From: a virus
UHGV virus genome: UHGV-0044850
Strand: one strand, 5' to 3'
DNA length: 10,997 bases
Shown: positions 7,610 to 10,997 of the stretch, piece after piece
Numbering within the stretch: the first letter of the stretch is position 1
Layout: every line of letters begins with the position of its first letter
Notes under the pieces: generated by a model
The model's database searches: none
Seen by the model: the letters and a program-made list of their open reading frames with translations, nothing else
What the model was told of the DNA's origin: nothing
Program-made: the position numbers and the translations under genes

Positions 7610-8362
7610 TTATGCTGCAAGTCTCTTAACCCAAGTCTCTCTTTTGGAGAATGGTAGAACTTGGCTTGATTCATGGAAGAGTAAGGAGAGTTGTTGCATT
7701 TGATCACCAATTGCTTCGCTGTCTATAACAACAAATCTGTTGTTATACTCCTCACTTGAAGCTTTAAGATCAATTAGTTTCCCAAGCAATGAGTAAGCAC
7801 TATTCCAGCTTCCTCCGTGTTTCACGCTTGATGTAAAAACGTATTTAGGTATGTCGGTTTTTATTGTTACAGGGACGGTAATTTGATGTCCACTCAAGCC
7901 ATATACGTTTTCACGAAGAGAAAGTGCGTCTCTAAGCTCTGTGTGATATAGATAATCAATAACCATACTTTCAAACTTTTCAGCTTGAACTGGCTGATAC
8001 CAGTCTAACGACAAAGTTGATGCGAGTATACCAGCTCTAATTATGTTCGATGTAATCGCACCGACATCCTTTTCTGTTGCCCAAGCAATGATTTCTCCTC
8101 GAGCATTGAGTTCTGCGCCTTCTTTAAGCAGTAATTGTCGTATCTCATCAAGTCGTTTTTTGGTAAGCGAGATCCCTCTTGCCTCCATATTCATTAAGGC
8201 ATCGCATCTGTCACTAACTAAATACCTACCATTGACTTCACGGATAAAGGCACCGACATGCTCTCCATCATCACAGTAAGTGAATGGACTGATAATTCTC
8301 AAGGTCTTGCCTATTGGATGGCATTCGAAACCTAGTTGTGAGATCACTGTTGAGCACATCAT
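7610..8362 (-). CDS. hypothetical protein, second gene of cassette in the rex position (250 aa)
   Basis: ATG at 8362 overlaps the TGA stop of the upstream gene (ATGA). No transmembrane segment obvious. No similarity to RexA/RexB or other proteins I can recall. AT-rich coding sequence. Confidence 0.7.
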   Translation of the reverse strand: MMCSTVISQLGFECHPIGKTLRIISPFTYCDDGEHVGAFIREVNGRYLVSDRCDALMNMEARGISLTKKRLDEIRQLLLKEGAELNARGEIIAWATEKDVGAITSNIIRAGILASTLSLDWYQPVQAEKFESMVIDYLYHTELRDALSLRENVYGLSGHQITVPVTIKTDIPKYVFTSSVKHGGSWNSAYSLLGKLIDLKASSEEYNNRFVVIDSEAIGDQMQQLSLLFHESSQVLPFSKRETWVKRLAA

Positions 8363-8916
8363 ATTCCAAACCCCATTTGCCCCGACTCATCTTCAAGCGG
8401 TAAAGGTATTCTCCCAGAGTAAGTTATGTTCAGATGTTTACAGAAGTAATTCCAATACCCTACCAGGTCATCTGGGTTTATGTCATCTTCGATTGGAAAC
8501 GCTATTCTATCACTATAGTATCCAGCTTCTTCATAGTATACATGGTAGTGAGCACCGTAAATGATATCTTGGTACTTCGGATGATCGACCTTGTAACTAT
8601 TCGTGTGTTTGTCAAAGTGATAGGTATCTACCGCGAAAACCCTCTTGTTATGATAGAAAGCAATAATATTTATTTTAGGGTAAGAAATCGGGTCATCAGG
8701 TTCTGAATCCTGATCTGGTTTCCATTTCAGTTCAAACTTTAGCCCTTGTATAGGTATACAATCCTCATCCAAGGGGATGATATGGGCTTGTAGCCACATA
8801 TCAGAGCGACTTGGTTTCTGTTTCCATTTAACGCCAGAAAAGTTAACTATTTTTTTACAATAAAGTACTTTATCAACTTCTACTTGGCTTGGCTGATAAT
8901 CATCTATTTTTGCCAA
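8359..8916 (-). CDS. hypothetical protein, first gene of cassette in the rex position (185 aa if TTG start)
   Basis: The frame opens right after a TAA stop. The first start-like codon is TTG at 8916 with AGGGCGG 7-13 nt upstream; the first in-frame ATG (8799) has no RBS. Begins 39 nt downstream of the cI stop on the same strand. His/Tyr/Asp-rich (HYHVYYEEAGYY). Confidence 0.6.
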   Translation of the reverse strand: MAKIDDYQPSQVEVDKVLYCKKIVNFSGVKWKQKPSRSDMWLQAHIIPLDEDCIPIQGLKFELKWKPDQDSEPDDPISYPKINIIAFYHNKRVFAVDTYHFDKHTNSYKVDHPKYQDIIYGAHYHVYYEEAGYYSDRIAFPIEDDINPDDLVGYWNYFCKHLNITYSGRIPLPLEDESGQMGFGI

Positions 8917-8955
8917 TGTTTACCGCCCTGTAAATTGTAGATAAAAGTGGTTTCA

Positions 8956-9609
8956 TCACCCAAACGTCTCTTCAGGCCATTGGCTGGCGATAACTTTCCC
9001 CACAACGGAACAACTCTCATTGCATGGGATCATTGGGTATTGTGGGTTTAGTGGCTGTAGAAACACCTGACCGCTATCCCTGATCAGTTTCTTGAAGGTA
9101 AATTCATCACCACCAAGTCTGGCTATGCAGAAATCGCCGGGCTCAACAGCTTGCTCAGGGTCAACCAGAATTAACATCCCGTCAGGAAAGCTGGGTTTGG
9201 AACCTGTTGGTGCGGTCATTGAGTTACCTTCAACCTCAAGCCAGAATGCAGAGTCACTGGCTTTTTTGGTTGTGCTTACCAATCTCTCCGCATCGCCTTT
9301 GGTAAAGGTTCTGAGTTCTGGAGAGAACATCCCAGCCTGAACATGAGAAAAAACAGGGTACTCATATTGTTTTTTAACTGGGGCCGATGAGTATTCGCCA
9401 ACAGGTGAAAATGTCCCGTCGTGGTTGAATGATATGTTATCAATACCAAGGTATTTAAACACCACACCAATATCACTAAGAGATGGATGACGAGATCCGC
9501 GCAACCAGTGTCCAATCCCACCCTGCGTCATACCTAGCTCTTCGGCTAACTTCTCTTGAGTTATGCCGAGCTCTTTCATTCTGGATCTAGCCAGTTCATA
9601 CCATTTCAT
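8956..9609 (-). CDS. cI: CI-type prophage repressor: HTH N-terminal domain plus lambda-type LexA-like (S24) C-terminal domain
   Basis: C-terminal about 130 aa ([28 protein letters not shown]...[12 protein letters not shown]) match lambda cI, including the VQAG cleavage region and the GNSM serine and FKK lysine motifs. N-terminal domain ([38 protein letters not shown]) is a different helix-turn-helix. Start taken as the ATG at 9609 with AAGGA 7 nt upstream; in-frame ATGs at 9615 and 9651 and a TTG at 9657 are alternatives. Confidence 0.85.
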   Translation of the reverse strand: MKWYELARSRMKELGITQEKLAEELGMTQGGIGHWLRGSRHPSLSDIGVVFKYLGIDNISFNHDGTFSPVGEYSSAPVKKQYEYPVFSHVQAGMFSPELRTFTKGDAERLVSTTKKASDSAFWLEVEGNSMTAPTGSKPSFPDGMLILVDPEQAVEPGDFCIARLGGDEFTFKKLIRDSGQVFLQPLNPQYPMIPCNESCSVVGKVIASQWPEETFG

Positions 9610-9726
9610 TTTCATGTCCTTATTATTACGCTCTGTACTGGAACCATCCATGCACAATGTGTATTTTTACTTGTATTCGCAAAGTACATATTGTATTTTT
9701 TTATTCGTGTTTACTATGGAGGGCAT
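9610..9726. promoter_or_regulatory. oR region with divergent pR/pRM (operator sites not resolved)
   Basis: 117-bp AT-rich intergenic region between divergent cI and cro. Candidate pR: -35 TTGTAT (9671..9676), 17-nt spacer, -10 TATTTT (9694..9699). The spacer contains AAAGTACATAT (9681..9691), the same 11-mer as in the pL spacer. Repeated TGTATT motifs. Confidence 0.45.
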
Positions 9727-9942
9727 ATGAGCAACCTACGAAAATATCGAGAGTCACTGAATATCTCTCAAACAACACTTGCTAAGGCAGTTGGATGCAC
9801 ACAGGGAGCTATCGGACATTGGGAATCTGGTCGTCGCTTCCCAGACCTTAAAACATGCCGTGCTCTTGTTGCGTGCCTAAACAAGTTAGGCGCAAAAGTC
9901 AGTCTTGATGACGTGTTCCCGCCGGAACACAAAGCCGCTTAA
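9727..9942 (+). CDS. cro: Cro-type repressor (helical HTH type, not lambda Cro)
   Basis: 71 aa (MSNLRKYRESLNISQTTLAKAVGCTQGAIGHWESGRRFPDLKTCRALVACLNKLGAKVSLDDVFPPEHKAA). ATG at 9727 with GGAGGG RBS. HTH segment paralogous to the cI N-terminal domain. Confidence 0.85.
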   Translation: MSNLRKYRESLNISQTTLAKAVGCTQGAIGHWESGRRFPDLKTCRALVACLNKLGAKVSLDDVFPPEHKAA

Positions 9943-9951
9943 TAAGCGGAT

Positions 9952-9997
9952 CCGCTCTTTGTAACAACGGACATTCGTCCTACGTCGCTGAAAAGCG
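9952..9997 (+). promoter_or_regulatory. nutR-like site: boxA, spacer hairpin, boxB
   Basis: CGCTCTTTGTAACAACG (boxA-like), then hairpin GGAC-ATTC-GTCC (9968..9979), TACGT, then boxB-like TCGC-TGAAAA-GCGA (9984..9997). Lies just after the cro stop. Confidence 0.55.
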
Positions 9998-10027
9998 AGT
10001 TCCAAGATATCTGACCAACTAAGGCCA

Positions 10028-10045
10028 TATGCGTTTCCACGCATA
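10028..10045 (+). terminator. hairpin between nutR and cII (possible tR1-associated structure)
   Basis: TATGCGT-TTCC-ACGCATA, a 7-bp stem, followed by CCTTTCAAC, which is only weakly U-rich. Lambda tR1 is Rho-dependent, so this is tentative. Confidence 0.25.
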
Positions 10046-10083
10046 CCTTTCAACTAACTATTCACTATTGGAAATCTTAAGAA

Positions 10084-10380
10084 ATGGAAAGAACAAGTTA
10101 CAGCAAACTATCACAGCGTGACGTTGATCGCGCAGAAACAGATTTACTTATCAATCTGTCAGCTATTACCCAGCGCGGTCTGGCAAAGATGATTGGCTGT
10201 CATGAATCGAAGATAAGCAGAACGGACTGGAGATTTATTGCTTCGGTCTTGTGTGCTTTCGGAATGGCATCAGACATCAGTCCGATTAGCAGGGCTTTTA
10301 AGTATGCGCTTGATGGACTCACCAATAAAAAACGCCCGGCGGCAACCGAGCGTTCTGAACAAATCCAGATGGAATTCTGA
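10084..10380 (+). CDS. cII: CII transcriptional activator (chimeric: lambda-type C-terminus)
   Basis: 98-aa ORF. C-terminal TNKKRPAATERSEQIQMEF matches lambda cII. Central HTH region (RGLAKMIGCHESKISRTDWRF) and N-terminus differ from lambda. Confidence 0.85.
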   Translation: MERTSYSKLSQRDVDRAETDLLINLSAITQRGLAKMIGCHESKISRTDWRFIASVLCAFGMASDISPISRAFKYALDGLTNKKRPAATERSEQIQMEF

Positions 10381-10400
10381 GGTCATTACTGGATCAATCC
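10324..10400 (-). ncRNA. oop: oop antisense RNA (overlaps the cII 3' end)
   Basis: Minus strand matches my recollection of lambda oop: ...CUGAGGUCAUUACUGGAUC...GAUUUGUUCAGAACGCUCGGUUGCCGCCGGGCGUUUUUUAUU, ending in a stem plus U6 terminator (+ strand 10325..10352). 5' end is approximate. Confidence 0.6.
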
Positions 10401-10412
10401 ACAGGAGTCATT

Positions 10413-10997
10413 ATGACAAATACAGCAAAAATACTCAACTTCTGCAGAGGTAACTTTGCCAAACAGGAGCGTAATGTGGCAGATCTCGATGATGGTTACG
10501 CCAGACTATCAAATATGCTGCTTGAGGCTTATTCAGGCGCAGATCTGACCAAGCGACAGTTTAAAGTGCTGCTTGCCATTCTGCGTAAAACCTATGGATG
10601 GAATAAACCAATGGACAGAATCACCGATTCTCAACTTAGCGAGATTACAAAGTTACCCGTCAAACGGTGCAATGAAGCCAAGTTAGAACTCGTCAGAATG
10701 AATATTATCAAGCAGCAAGGCGGCATGTTTGGACCAAATAAAAACATCTCAGAATGGTGTATCCCTCAAAACGAGGGAAAATCCCCTAAAACGAGGGATA
10801 AAACATCCCTCAAATTGGGGGATTGCTATCCCTCAAAACAGGGGGACACAAAAGACACTATTACAAAAGAAAAAAGAAAAGATTATTCGTCAGAGAATTC
10901 TGGCGAATCCTCTGACCAGCCAGAAAACGACCTTTCTGTGGTGAAACCGGATGCTGCAATTCAGAGCGGCAGCAAGTGGGGGACAGCAGAAGACCTG
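10413..10997 (+). CDS. O: replication initiator O, N-terminal 195 codons (continues past window end)
   Basis: ATG at 10413 with AGGAG RBS; open to the window end. Reads MTNTAKILNF...RNVADLDDGYARLSNMLLEAYSGADLTKRQFKVLLAILRKTYGWNKPMDRITDSQLSEITKLPVKRCNEAKLELVRMNIIKQQGGMFGPNKNISEWCIPQNEGKSPKTRDK..., matching lambda O. Contains the ori iterons. Confidence 0.9.
   Translation, partial: MTNTAKILNFCRGNFAKQERNVADLDDGYARLSNMLLEAYSGADLTKRQFKVLLAILRKTYGWNKPMDRITDSQLSEITKLPVKRCNEAKLELVRMNIIKQQGGMFGPNKNISEWCIPQNEGKSPKTRDKTSLKLGDCYPSKQGDTKDTITKEKRKDYSSENSGESSDQPENDLSVVKPDAAIQSGSKWGTAEDL
10761..10846 (+). repeat. ori-lambda iterons (four ~18-bp O-binding repeats) with adjacent AT-rich region
   Basis: ATCCCTCAAAACGAGGGA (10761), ATCCCCTAAAACGAGGGA (10781), ATCCCTCAAATTGGGGGA (about 10806), ATCCCTCAAAACAGGGGGA (10828), followed by the A-rich stretch ACAAAAGAAAAAAGAAAAGATTATTC (about 10851-10890). 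Confidence 0.85.

Noticed and set aside
7413-7703. Plus-strand ORF 7413..7703 (96 aa), with a strong Shine-Dalgarno-like TAAGGAGAGA at 7481..7490 ahead of a TTG
   Set aside because: The frame crosses the terminator hairpin and runs antisense into the 250-aa cassette gene. The translation is low-complexity with no ATG start. Probably a chance Shine-Dalgarno-like sequence in an AT-rich intergenic region; a small RNA or leader function is not excluded.
8043-8706. Plus-strand ORFs 8043..8279, 8280..8564 and 8434..8706
   Set aside because: Antisense to the two cassette genes, which form a tightly coupled minus-strand pair.
9092-9521. ORFs 9092..9340 (+) and 9276..9521 (-)
   Set aside because: They lie inside the cI gene in antisense or alternative frames.
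9610-9670. Attempt to place a pRM -35/-10 pair upstream of cI
   Set aside because: Several weak hexamer combinations are possible (for example a TAAAAA-containing -10), but none is convincing by eye; left unannotated rather than guessed.
9556-9942. The 128-aa track ORF 9556..9942 taken as one gene
   Set aside because: Its first 57 codons run through the operator region and the start of cI on the opposite strand. The real cro begins at the internal ATG 9727, which has a GGAGGG RBS.
9943-9954. 12-bp perfect palindrome AGCGGATCCGCT at the cro stop
   Set aside because: Short and GC-rich with no adjacent U-tract; it overlaps the boxA-like sequence, so more likely incidental than a separate terminator or operator.
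10238-10453. Plus-strand ORF 10238..10453 (71 aa)
   Set aside because: Alternative frame spanning the cII 3' end, the oop region and the O start; no RBS.
10761-10846. Four tandem about 18-bp repeats that could be mistaken for a small CRISPR array
   Set aside because: The spacers are only 2-7 bp, the repeats are internally palindromic and lie within the O reading frame, followed by an AT-rich block. This is the classic ori-lambda iteron arrangement, not CRISPR.
10729-10944. Plus-strand ORF 10729..10944 (71 aa)
   Set aside because: Alternative frame across the ori iterons inside the O gene.

Overview
This window is the early region of a lambda-like (lambdoid) phage or prophage, mostly transcribed leftward on the minus strand. 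Calls rest on reading the six-frame ORFs against remembered lambda proteins and gene order; no database search was possible. From left to right: a truncated ORF, an Ea22-like gene, a TraR/DksA-like zinc-finger gene, small early ORFs, the Red module exo-bet-gam, kil, cIII, ea10, a complete 1250-bp IS911-type insertion with a 3-bp GTT target duplication, ral, orf28, sieB (+ strand), then an immunity region that is not lambda's (N-like antiterminator, nutL, pL/oL, cI, oR, cro, nutR, cII), the oop antisense RNA, and the start of O with the four ori iterons. The main candidate for something undescribed is a translationally coupled two-gene cassette (185 aa + 250 aa, 7610..8916) sitting directly downstream of cI where lambda carries rexA-rexB. 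It is AT-rich, ends in an intrinsic terminator, and neither protein resembles anything I recognise. Other points worth a look: the repressor and cII are chimeric (lambda-type C-terminal parts, different N-terminal parts), nutL and nutR each carry two hairpins with compensatory stem changes, and the long gam frame carries a 1-nt insertion so only the short Gam form is encoded.
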